From Alphaproteobacteria bacterium bin98 (lineage in GTDB: Bacteria; Pseudomonadota; Alphaproteobacteria; Bin98), in NCBI GenBank assembly GCA_002238905.1, contig MPNG01000001.1, positions 12,599 through 76,598 on the forward strand: a stretch of 64,000 bases of DNA, given 5' to 3'. This document shows, piece after piece, positions 1-7,584 of the stretch. Position numbers and translations under genes: made by a program. Every line of letters begins with the position of its first letter. Position 1 is the first letter of the stretch. The notes under the pieces are model-generated. The model saw only the letters and a program-made list of their open reading frames with translations. It did not search any database and had not been told where the DNA came from.

Positions 1-574
1 AATACTGATAGTATAACTCGGCGAATAAAGAATTATCATTATCACAGAATTCGTAGCATGAAGATAGAAGGTAATGGTAAGCTTTCATATATTTTACTTT
101 CCACTTTGAATGCTCCGCATTCCCGTTTGAATGAAGTTCCCACGAATATATTTCTTTCAAAAAACAAAAAGCTTGCATAAAAAGTGATGGATTAAGATGA
201 AAATCATCACTTAACATATTCTCAGCTTCCTTTTCTATTATTGCCTGATCTGCTGTAGGGTTTGTTTTTCTGTCGCATTGCGTAAGAATATCGAGTATTG
301 GTTCTGCAAATACTTGTAACTTCGAAGGATCTTTTATGTTCATAAATGGTTCCCTCTTCAACTGAGCTAGCAAAGCGTATCGGTGATCAAGGGCGATATC
401 AGCTTGAGCGCGTCGCCAACAAGAAACACGCACAGCTGTTGTTTTATGTGGCTTATCAGATAAGTAAGACTGTCTCGCGTCACTCGCCTCTTTAAGTAGC
501 GCATTATTCCAAAGGATATCAAAATCACTGCCATGCGCGTGCCAACAAATTAAGAATAATAGTAGTAAGTTCAT
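1..574 (-). CDS. leader + LLSS-FC family secreted protein (subfamily C-like); 3' end runs off the window start
   Basis: ATG at 574-572. My translation is MNLLLLFLICWHAHGSDFD...FHLNPSLFMQAFCF...YHYLLSSCYEFCDNDNSLFAELYYQY, open down to base 2. It is missing from the ORF track only because no stop lies inside the window. Confidence 0.8.
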   Translation of the reverse strand, partial: MNLLLLFLICWHAHGSDFDILWNNALLKEASDARQSYLSDKPHKTTAVRVSCWRRAQADIALDHRYALLAQLKREPFMNIKDPSKLQVFAEPILDILTQCDRKTNPTADQAIIEKEAENMLSDDFHLNPSLFMQAFCFLKEIYSWELHSNGNAEHSKWKVKYMKAYHYLLSSCYEFCDNDNSLFAELYYQY

Positions 575-828
575 AGTTTCCTCTCTTGTTTGTAATTTAT
601 CATATCTGAATCATAAATGTAACATCATAGTTGTCTGAAAAAAGCAATTAAATACCTTTGGGGCATAATACTTCATAGAGCTACTGAGCAGTAATAATCG
701 TAGTAGACGAGAGTATATTGCATTAAATGCATCTTGATAGTCATGAATCAATATTTGCAAGACACAAGATTATGCAGGGGTGCTCTTGATCTTCAACAAT
801 AAATAGATAGTATGAATGAGAATGCCCT

Positions 829-1004
829 ATGATTATATTTACTCTCTGCATACGCATATAGCGCGCTAACACCAGAAGCAAGCGAAGTGCTCACTCCTTT
901 CAGAGGAGCATGGTCCTCCAGTTGCGCTCGATTGTTGATGATCAGTGAGGAGAATAGTGCCCTATCTGATTTAACACGCGAAACTTCTGTGTCCCATAAA
1001 TTAA
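829..1004 (+). pseudogene. internally deleted remnant of a paralog of CDS 11378..12193 (subfamily G)
   Basis: The 5' end (ccctatgattatatttactctctgcatacgcatatagcgcgc) aligns to the 11378 start but hits TAG after 10 codons. The 3' end (cgcgaaacttctgtgtcccataaattaa) matches the last codons of 11378..12193. The same downstream box agcaaagctgttttttagaataaat follows. Track ORF 793..1020(-) is antisense noise. Confidence 0.6.
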
Positions 1005-1195
1005 AAATCCAAAATAGCAAAGCTGTTTTTTAGAATAAATATCAGACAATTTCTGAATTGATATCAGGATTTTGTCAAAGATATACTGCTGTTTGCCCTC
1101 TATCGAATTTTCGCAGCTTGCAAGTTAAACAATAAAAAGCAAAAAATTGTACTGTGGCTCTAATGACGATCTACTCAATCCCATGGCACTCTAAG

Positions 1196-1771
1196 TCAAG
1201 TCTGATTTAGAGATTGGAGCTCTGAATGATAAATGATCTTCTTGGTTTCATCAAGAGCCGCCTGTAACTGATCCACTCCGTCCCAAAGCTCACTGTTCGC
1301 ACAAAAATCTTCTAAAGATGATAATACGTTTCGGTATGCCTTACGGTATCCATATCGTAGCAATAATTTATGTACTACATCTCTATCCTGAACTAAAGAG
1401 AACAAGCAGTGTGAATGGCATAATGCATCAAAATAAAACAAGAAGGTTTCTAAATTGGCCCCACCCTCTTTTTTATTCAGAATATATTCTTGATCTGCAA
1501 TTATCTGGATAGAAGTCAGGTGATGATGTTTCTCTAAGGTTTTTCCAATATCATCCTGTACTCCTCGCGCAAAGGTAGCTAATTCATCACACTTCATACT
1601 CGCATAATTACTATTCCTGAGGGTATCTAGCAGATTTTTTTTGTGCGTCTCCAACAATTCTTGATCGTTTTCCCAACCTTTCAGAGCAAAAGATGGGCTG
1701 GGGTAGTCCTCATAGATCTTTTCTGCGCCACAAGCCTGCAAACAGGTTAAAAATAATAATACTAATAACAT
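1196..1771 (-). CDS. leader + LLSS-FC family secreted protein (subfamily A)
   Basis: The track ORF starts at TTG 1774; ATG 1771 follows GAGGA. Leader MLLVLLFLTCLQACGAEK. Motifs KHHHLTSIQII, NLETFLFYFDALCH, YRNVLSSLEDFCANSELW. Close paralog of 22496..23092, including the 5' flank. Confidence 0.85.
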   Translation of the reverse strand: MLLVLLFLTCLQACGAEKIYEDYPSPSFALKGWENDQELLETHKKNLLDTLRNSNYASMKCDELATFARGVQDDIGKTLEKHHHLTSIQIIADQEYILNKKEGGANLETFLFYFDALCHSHCLFSLVQDRDVVHKLLLRYGYRKAYRNVLSSLEDFCANSELWDGVDQLQAALDETKKIIYHSELQSLNQT

Positions 1772-2605
1772 CAATATATCCTCATACTTTTAAAGTATAC
1801 TGCAATACTGCATATTTTAGCAAAAATTGAATGCGTATCGATACGAAGCTGTTTTTGATTTTCAGAAAAAGTCTGTATAACAATAAGAGGCGTTGTTTAT
1901 TAATCATAATACTATTGCATAAAAGTGCGTGCTGTCCTCGCATATCATGCCACAACACAACAATTGGCACATCTTTATAAATATGATGAGGACTCACAAG
2001 AGCGATCAAATTTTTTTCCACACTTCACAAATACCTTCTTTCATCGCAACTGTTTATAGTGCTACTTGCAAGTATGCATGATGCATTAAACCAGGTTTTT
2101 GTGAGAATATTAACATTATCTAACCAGCCTGAGTGAAACTGAGAGCACAAAAAGCATGCATGCTGCACGTTTTGTATAGAGGTGTAGTTGCGTTAATTCT
2201 GGTATCTGTCAGATTTTTTATAGTAGCGCAAATCCTATACGCAGATTATGTATTTATAGCCGTTATGCAAATAATCCTTTATGTATGATGATGTATGATG
2301 CCAGCATCTAGCAACGTTGTGCTCTAAAAAATGACTGCTTATAATGAGTAGAAAGACAATAATCAACCCCTAAAGCATTATCTCCACGAAATAGTATAAA
2401 TCATCGCTTTAGGCATCTATAGTATCAAAATTAATCAGTAAAATACCCGACTTCCAACTAGCTTTTCAAAGATCAATCACTAAAAAGAGTGTTTTTCTGT
2501 TCTTATTTAGAGCTTTTTGCATTTCTTTCGACTTAATGCAGACAAGCAAAGGTCAGAAACAATCTTCTACACTCAAGTAGTAGAGCCTTATCATCATATA
2601 TTGTT

Positions 2606-3352
2606 TCAATCTATCTCCTCCATGTAATGAAATGTCAGAATAAATTTTCTCAAGCGTTCAGAAGCCCAAATTTGTCTCCCCATACAGAAGCCTTCTAAAG
2701 ATGATAATAAGTATAGACATGCAGCATTGTATTGTGTCTCTAATGCTATTCTGCGAGGAGATACTTGGTATTTACGAAATAATTGCTTATATTCTGAATC
2801 TCTTTCAAATTCAGAAAAAAGATAAAAGAAGAGTTCTAGATCAAGTTGTTGGGCAAATCGCAGCTGTATGAAAGTCTTAAGATCATCTGGCTCAATCAAA
2901 GGGTTGCGTGAGGATATTCTTGTAGCAGTAAGAGCTAGTATCTTTTCAGAAGTCAGTTGATGATGTTCGGTCAAAGACTGTTCCATAACAGCCTTTACTT
3001 GTTTTGAAAAATTATGTAACAAGGTAAATCGCAAAGAAGAATAATGTTCCCGCGACAAGGCGTTTTGTAAGGTGGATGCCAAAATTTCTTTTTGTGTCTC
3101 TAATAACTTTTGATCTCCCCACTCTTTTAGCGATGGGTCAGCATGCCTGCGACGCAAACACTTAGATAGTCGAGAAATAGAATTAGAAAAACAGTGCAGT
3201 AGTGTGCCCCAACAGCTATTATCACTCCAGTTATTATAACTTATGCAGAGTGTCTGTATGGGGGGGGATTTTTTGTCCTTACACCGATCATCGGCGTTTT
3301 CTAAAGCTCCATGGAGATGAAAGCAGAGCAAAAATAATAATATATATGTCAT
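2606..3352 (-). CDS. leader + LLSS-FC family secreted protein (subfamily B)
   Basis: Leader MTYILLFLLCFHLHGALEN (ATG 3352 after TTG 3355). Motifs HHQLTSEKILALTATRI, LDLELFFYLFSEFE, YNAACLYLLSSLEGFCMGRQIW. Contains a G8/C8 run at 3260-3267 encoding SPP. Confidence 0.85.
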   Translation of the reverse strand: MTYILLFLLCFHLHGALENADDRCKDKKSPPIQTLCISYNNWSDNSCWGTLLHCFSNSISRLSKCLRRRHADPSLKEWGDQKLLETQKEILASTLQNALSREHYSSLRFTLLHNFSKQVKAVMEQSLTEHHQLTSEKILALTATRISSRNPLIEPDDLKTFIQLRFAQQLDLELFFYLFSEFERDSEYKQLFRKYQVSPRRIALETQYNAACLYLLSSLEGFCMGRQIWASERLRKFILTFHYMEEID

Positions 3353-3355
3353 CAA

Positions 3356-3595
3356 TACACCTTATTTGTCAATACTAGATTACACGAGAATGAAATTAAA
3401 ACAAAGATCTCACTTACTCGCACTAAACAAAATCAATGCACCAAATGCTTTTTAAAAAGTTGATGTTTTTAGCAAAACAATCATTATTTAAAGCAATGAA
3501 GATAAATGTGAAGGTGAGACATTCAGAGGTGCCCCCTTAACCACTCACCTCTGAATATTCTTGCAAACTGTCGTAAAGCCTCTCCAATTTTGAAC
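3356..3595. repeat. copy 1 of a ~240-bp intergenic segment duplicated at 4452..4688
   Basis: Nearly identical by eye to 4452..4688 (catcaatacacct...gaaattaaaacaa.gatctcacttactcgcactaaacaaaatcaatgcaccaaatgc...cacctctgaatattcttgcaaactgtcgt). Confidence 0.85.
3521..3556 (-). terminator. conserved hairpin 3' of CDS 3596..4201 (candidate terminator, no clear U-tract)
   Basis: Inverted repeat attcagaggtg / cacctctgaat with a 14-nt loop, about 40 nt downstream of the stop. An identical copy lies at 4617..4652. Confidence 0.4.
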
Positions 3596-4201
3596 TCAAT
3601 CCTTTTCTGTGAGACCGGTTAGGGAACGCCAGGCTTTATAACAAGCAATAGCTTCCTTCTGGCGCTCACAGAAATGCAAACAAGATAATAGAAGAGACTT
3701 ATAAGCTTTTACATATTTTGCCAACACAAGATCTGGATTATCCTGATTACAGCCATCGGTTACAGTAAGCATACAGCTTTGTCCAGTATAAGACAGAGCA
3801 TGCATGAAGGTTTCTGGAGTAAGATGGAAGCAAGGACTTAGCATATTGCTAGCTTGCTCTTTCATTTTGTCCTCACTTATGTCAGGATGTTTTTCGGTGA
3901 AATACTCTAAAAGTATATCCCGCAGTCCGTCTGCAAAAGCTTTTACTTCCTTAATGTTTTCCATTTGACAAATTGCTTGCGTCCGCAAGTGATCCGACAC
4001 ACGTTTTCTCCAAGGATTTTTGAAAGCAGTTTGACCTACGTCCCACCAAGAACACTGTAGAGTTAGTTCTAGAGGTGACATCGCACGCAGTTGATCTATT
4101 CTTGTGATCATATATTGTTCTAACGGACTATATTCACTCACACCCTCATCAGCTCCAGACACGTGCAAACAAATCAAAAATAATAGTGGTATGAATTTCA
4201 T
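3596..4201 (-). CDS. leader + LLSS-FC family secreted protein (subfamily C)
   Basis: The track ORF runs to 4234, but leader MKFIPLLFLICLHVSGADEG begins at internal ATG 4201, preceded by GAGGAAAAAACT. Motifs EKHPDISEDKM, FHLTPETFMHALS, YKSLLLSCLHFCERQKEAIACYKAW. Confidence 0.85.
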   Translation of the reverse strand: MKFIPLLFLICLHVSGADEGVSEYSPLEQYMITRIDQLRAMSPLELTLQCSWWDVGQTAFKNPWRKRVSDHLRTQAICQMENIKEVKAFADGLRDILLEYFTEKHPDISEDKMKEQASNMLSPCFHLTPETFMHALSYTGQSCMLTVTDGCNQDNPDLVLAKYVKAYKSLLLSCLHFCERQKEAIACYKAWRSLTGLTEKD

Positions 4202-4247
4202 AGTTTTTTCCTCATAGTCAATATAAATATGCATTGTATATCGTATA

Positions 4248-4451
4248 TCATTTCAGCCGTGAAAGCAAATTTAAAACTATAATATTGCATTTCATGAATA
4301 TCTCCAATCTAGCGGAGTGCGTATAAAATGCTATAAATTTAGTGCGCCAAGATCCCACTTGTTTTACCAAAATCATGCACCTATCATCGGTGTTTTCTAA
4401 AGCTCGATGGAGATGAAAAAAGAGCAAAGATGATAATATATATGTCATCAA
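4248..4451 (-). pseudogene. leader-only stub of a subfamily B gene (paralog of 2606..3352)
   Basis: MMTYILSSLLFFHLHRALENTDDRC matches the first ~25 codons of 2606..3352. It then runs into sequence that is the 5' flank of 3596..4201, so the body has been deleted. Confidence 0.7.
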
Positions 4452-4688
4452 TACACCTTGTTTGTCGATACTATATTACACGCAAATGAAATTAAAACAA
4501 GGATCTCACTTACTCGCACTAAACAAAATCAATGCACCAAATGCTTTTTAAAAAGTTGATGTTTTTAGCAAAACAATCATTATTTAAAGCAATGAAGATA
4601 AATGGGAAGGTGAGACATTCAGAGGTGCCCCCTTAACCACTCACCTCTGAATATTCTTGCAAACTGTCGTGCCTCTCCAATTTTGAAA
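4452..4688. repeat. copy 2 of the ~240-bp intergenic segment (see 3356..3595)
   Basis: Near-identity by eye with 3356..3595. Confidence 0.85.
4617..4652 (-). terminator. conserved hairpin 3' of CDS 4689..5288 (candidate terminator)
   Basis: The same attcagaggtg / cacctctgaat inverted repeat as at 3521..3556. Confidence 0.4.
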
Positions 4689-5288
4689 TCAATCCTTTTC
4701 TGTGGGAACGATTAGGCGATGCCAGGTTTGATAATAAGAAATAGCTACCTTATTACCATCACAGAAATTTAAACAAGATAGTAGAAGATTCTTATAAGCT
4801 TGTACATATTTTGCGTTCACAGCATCTGGATTCCCCTGATTACGGATATCGCTTATATCCAGCAGATATCTTTCTTCAGAAAAACACAAAGCTTGCATGA
4901 AGATTTCTGGACTAAGATGGAAGCGAGGACTTAGCATATTGATCGCTTGCTCTTTCACTCTGGAATAACTTATGTCAGGATGCTTTTCTGTCTGATACTC
5001 TAAAAGTATCGTCAGCAATGGGTCTGCAAAACCTTTTAATTCCTTAATGTTTTCCATTTGACTAATTGCTTGCGTCTGCAAGTGATCCGACACACGTTTT
5101 CTCCAGGGATTTTTGAAATTAGCTTGATTTAGTCTCCAACAAGAACACTGTAGAGCTTGTTCTAGAGGTGGTAGCTGACGCACTGCATCTAATCTTAGGC
5201 ATAATTCTTTTAACGCACTCTGACAACACGCATCCTCATCAGATCCATACACGTGCAAACAAAGGAAAAATAGTAGTATGAATTTCAT
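4689..5288 (-). CDS. leader + LLSS-FC family secreted protein (subfamily C)
   Basis: Leader MKFILLFFLCLHVYGSDED. Motifs EKHPDISYSRV, FHLSPEIFMQALCF, YKNLLLSCLNFCDGNKVAISYYQTW. Paralog of 3596..4201. Confidence 0.85.
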   Translation of the reverse strand: MKFILLFFLCLHVYGSDEDACCQSALKELCLRLDAVRQLPPLEQALQCSCWRLNQANFKNPWRKRVSDHLQTQAISQMENIKELKGFADPLLTILLEYQTEKHPDISYSRVKEQAINMLSPRFHLSPEIFMQALCFSEERYLLDISDIRNQGNPDAVNAKYVQAYKNLLLSCLNFCDGNKVAISYYQTWHRLIVPTEKD

Positions 5289-5690
5289 AGTTTTTATCCA
5301 TAATCAATATACAAGTGAGTACTTAGGATCATTATATATCATTTATTTGTTTCAACAATGATTGAGATTGCATGAATTTGACACAATACAGAAAAATCTT
5401 TCAATTTCTATGTACCAAATGGTTTTTAAGAGGAAGGTAGAGCACGAAAAAGCATGGTTCTGTATGGATAGATTTGGCTTAATAGAATATCAACTTATTG
5501 CCCAACTGCTTTAAGCAATAAAGGTTACTCTCTTTGTATTTTCAAATCAACTGAATCAAGATAAACGTCGACGATCAGTAGTCTTTTGAGCAAGTGGATC
5601 AATTTTTGCAGGTTTTGCCTCAATCCAGATTATTTCTCTTGGATACCCAAGGAATATTCTATCAAGTGAAAAAAAATCAAAAGTGTCTCT

Positions 5691-6398
5691 CTACGAATGA
5701 GCTCTCTTAACACGCTTTGCTACCGATCTTTCAACGTTAACTTCAATAATGTCAAGGATCTCTTCCTGCCATAAAGAATAGTGTACATCAGATCGTACTA
5801 AGAAGTTGTCACAAAAACCATCGAAAGAGCTTAGGAGGTGATAATACATTCTTTGACATTTTTGATCATCACTTGAAACATCAGATGCTGAGAATGCATA
5901 TTCTCGTTCCAATAAAGCAAAAGAATGATAGTAAAGCGTTAGATCAAGATGGAAGTTTTTCTTTTCCATCTCAGGCACCTGCTTTGCCACCAACCCATCA
6001 GATATGATGGGATGCTTTTTTGTATAAACTTTCACAAGAACCTTGAGTACTAATTGTGCGATAGGCTTGAGTTCAAATAGTTTTGACGCCTCAGACAAAT
6101 TTATTTTCTTCATAATATTTTGAAACGCTGTTCTGAGTGTCGTATCCAAACAGCCTTCAGAGTAGAATGGCTCCAGAGGAGCATCACACACCATTCTGAT
6201 TCTTTCATCCAAAGAGTTTTGAGCTACATCCCACAAAGTGGCCTGCGTAGCTTTTTCCCCAAATGTCAGGGATGCACAACAGAAAGAAAGTCTTTTCTTT
6301 TTTGCCTCTTCTATAGCTATAGCAGAAAGGCACTCTGCGCTATAGCTAGCCTGTAAACAAGTTAAGGTTGAAAATAATAATATTAATCGCAATTTCAT
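5691..6398 (-). CDS. leader + LLSS-FC family secreted protein (subfamily D)
   Basis: Leader MKLRLILLFSTLTCLQASYS. Motifs KKHPIISDGL, FHLDLTLYYHSFALLE, YYHLLSSFDGFCDNF...YSLW. Paralog of 27992..28684, including the 3' flank. Confidence 0.85.
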   Translation of the reverse strand: MKLRLILLFSTLTCLQASYSAECLSAIAIEEAKKKRLSFCCASLTFGEKATQATLWDVAQNSLDERIRMVCDAPLEPFYSEGCLDTTLRTAFQNIMKKINLSEASKLFELKPIAQLVLKVLVKVYTKKHPIISDGLVAKQVPEMEKKNFHLDLTLYYHSFALLEREYAFSASDVSSDDQKCQRMYYHLLSSFDGFCDNFLVRSDVHYSLWQEEILDIIEVNVERSVAKRVKRAHS

Positions 6399-6469
6399 AC
6401 ACTTATTATTTATTTTTTTTTTTTTGATGTCAATTCATAGACTCGTATTTTGCAAGCGATCATCATCCC

Positions 6470-6582
6470 AATAGAGCAGTGTAGATAAAACATTGCAGAA
6501 TTCCGGCAATCACCAGCACTCTTAAAAGACTCACAACTCAAAGAAGAGAGTTGGCATACAACGCAAGCACATATTGCTCAAA
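6470..6582 (+). pseudogene. fragment of a subfamily I gene (like 14690..15463 / 31501..32073)
   Basis: Aligns by eye to the region encoding ...LLKDSKLKEDSWHTAQAYIAQ (actcttaaaagactca.aactcaaagaaga.agttggcataca...attgctca). No start codon and no open frame. Confidence 0.55.
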
Positions 6583-6700
6583 GCGTTGCGGTGGCAAAGA
6601 CATCCAAAGGACTAGCTGCTTTTGCTGGTTGAAGTTTGTTTTTTTCAGCAATTCTTTTTACGCTTTGACCTAAAAAAAGAATGGCGACAAGGATTTTTAG
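6583..6700 (-). pseudogene. fragment of the NhaC-type antiporter gene (copy of part of 32346..33620)
   Basis: gcgttgcggtggcaaagacatccaaag.actagctgcttttgctg.ttgaagtttgtttttttcagcaattctttttacgctttgacct.aaaaaagaatggc matches 32483..32586. It is followed by cga.aaggattttta, as at ~32650. Confidence 0.7.
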
Positions 6701-6858
6701 GGGAAGGTAGTGAATCTAGCGTTCAAATATTTAGATTTTTTCACTACCTTACACACATAGGATTGCAAGATTAAGCAAAAAACTCTAGAACAATTAAGTA
6801 TTGATCTGACATACACATAATTTTACAAAAAACAATCATTATGATACAATTTTGTAAT

Positions 6859-7407
6859 ATGTTAATATTATTATTTTTCACTTGTTTACACACTTATGGA
6901 TCTTATGCTCCAGTGGCCACTGAAAAGCATCTTTGGCAACACAGTCAGGAAATATTTAAGCCGTATCGTGATGCCACTCTAGCGGCACTCCAACGCTCTC
7001 CATATACTTTGCGCACCTTAGAGTTAGTAGAAATGGAGTTTGGGGATGCCTATCCAAAATTTATGCTTAACGGTTGGAATATGACTGCATTTTCAAAGGA
7101 AGCTTTTGCTCATCAAGGCGTGTATCCCCAATTAAGATATATTCAAGATAATCCAGAAGATCCAAATTTTAATCTTGATATCCCTACCCTCTCTAAGGCT
7201 TTGACGATGGCCTCTGAGCATAACTCACTCCTTCAACTTCCACACTACACCCCCTTATTAGAAGTCGCTCTGCATGGACAGTATAGCCTCTTGTTATCTT
7301 GCAAAGCTTTCTGTGAAAACCGTCCAGGGGAGGCTTTCTCAGAGTATGAGAAATATTGGCACAATACTGCTTATACAAGCGTTTCAAAAAAAAAGAAATC
7401 GTCCTAG
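6859..7407 (+). CDS. leader + LLSS-FC family secreted protein (subfamily E)
   Basis: The track ORF starts at 6841. Leader MLILLFFTCLHTYGSYAP starts at ATG 6859. Motifs FNLDIPTLSKALTMAS, YSLLLSCKAFCENRPGEAFSEYEKYW. An A9 run at 7386-7394 lies just before the stop. Confidence 0.85.
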   Translation: MLILLFFTCLHTYGSYAPVATEKHLWQHSQEIFKPYRDATLAALQRSPYTLRTLELVEMEFGDAYPKFMLNGWNMTAFSKEAFAHQGVYPQLRYIQDNPEDPNFNLDIPTLSKALTMASEHNSLLQLPHYTPLLEVALHGQYSLLLSCKAFCENRPGEAFSEYEKYWHNTAYTSVSKKKKSS

Positions 7408-7584
7408 AAAATATTGAGGAGACGAAAAAGTCGCCAGAATCATCAAGAGTAGCGTTGGCAGAAGACTTAAAAAAGATTTCAACATCACTTTTTTCTCTTT
7501 TTGCAGAATCCCATCCCTCTTACAATGATCGCTTACGTCTTTCAGCGCTTTTCGCATATCTTCATATAAATAAGAAACACTGGA

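Noticed and set aside
1700-1771. Subfamily A leaders (..LTCLQAC-GAE, ..LTFLHAC-GAG) as lipoprotein lipoboxes.
   Set aside because: Q or H at position -2 fits the L-(A/S)-(G/A)-C consensus poorly. The Cys aligns with non-Cys residues in the other subfamilies. I leave these as possible but unsupported.
1782-2021. A 79-aa minus-strand ORF upstream of CDS 1196..1771, plus other isolated short ORFs in spacers. Examples: 11034..11354, 14363..14650, 24540..24922, 33987..34193, 38431..38806, 44151..44405.
   Set aside because: They have no leader, no family motifs and no ribosome-binding site. They lie in AT-rich spacers or across pseudogene debris. Some may be real small genes, but the sequence gives no support.
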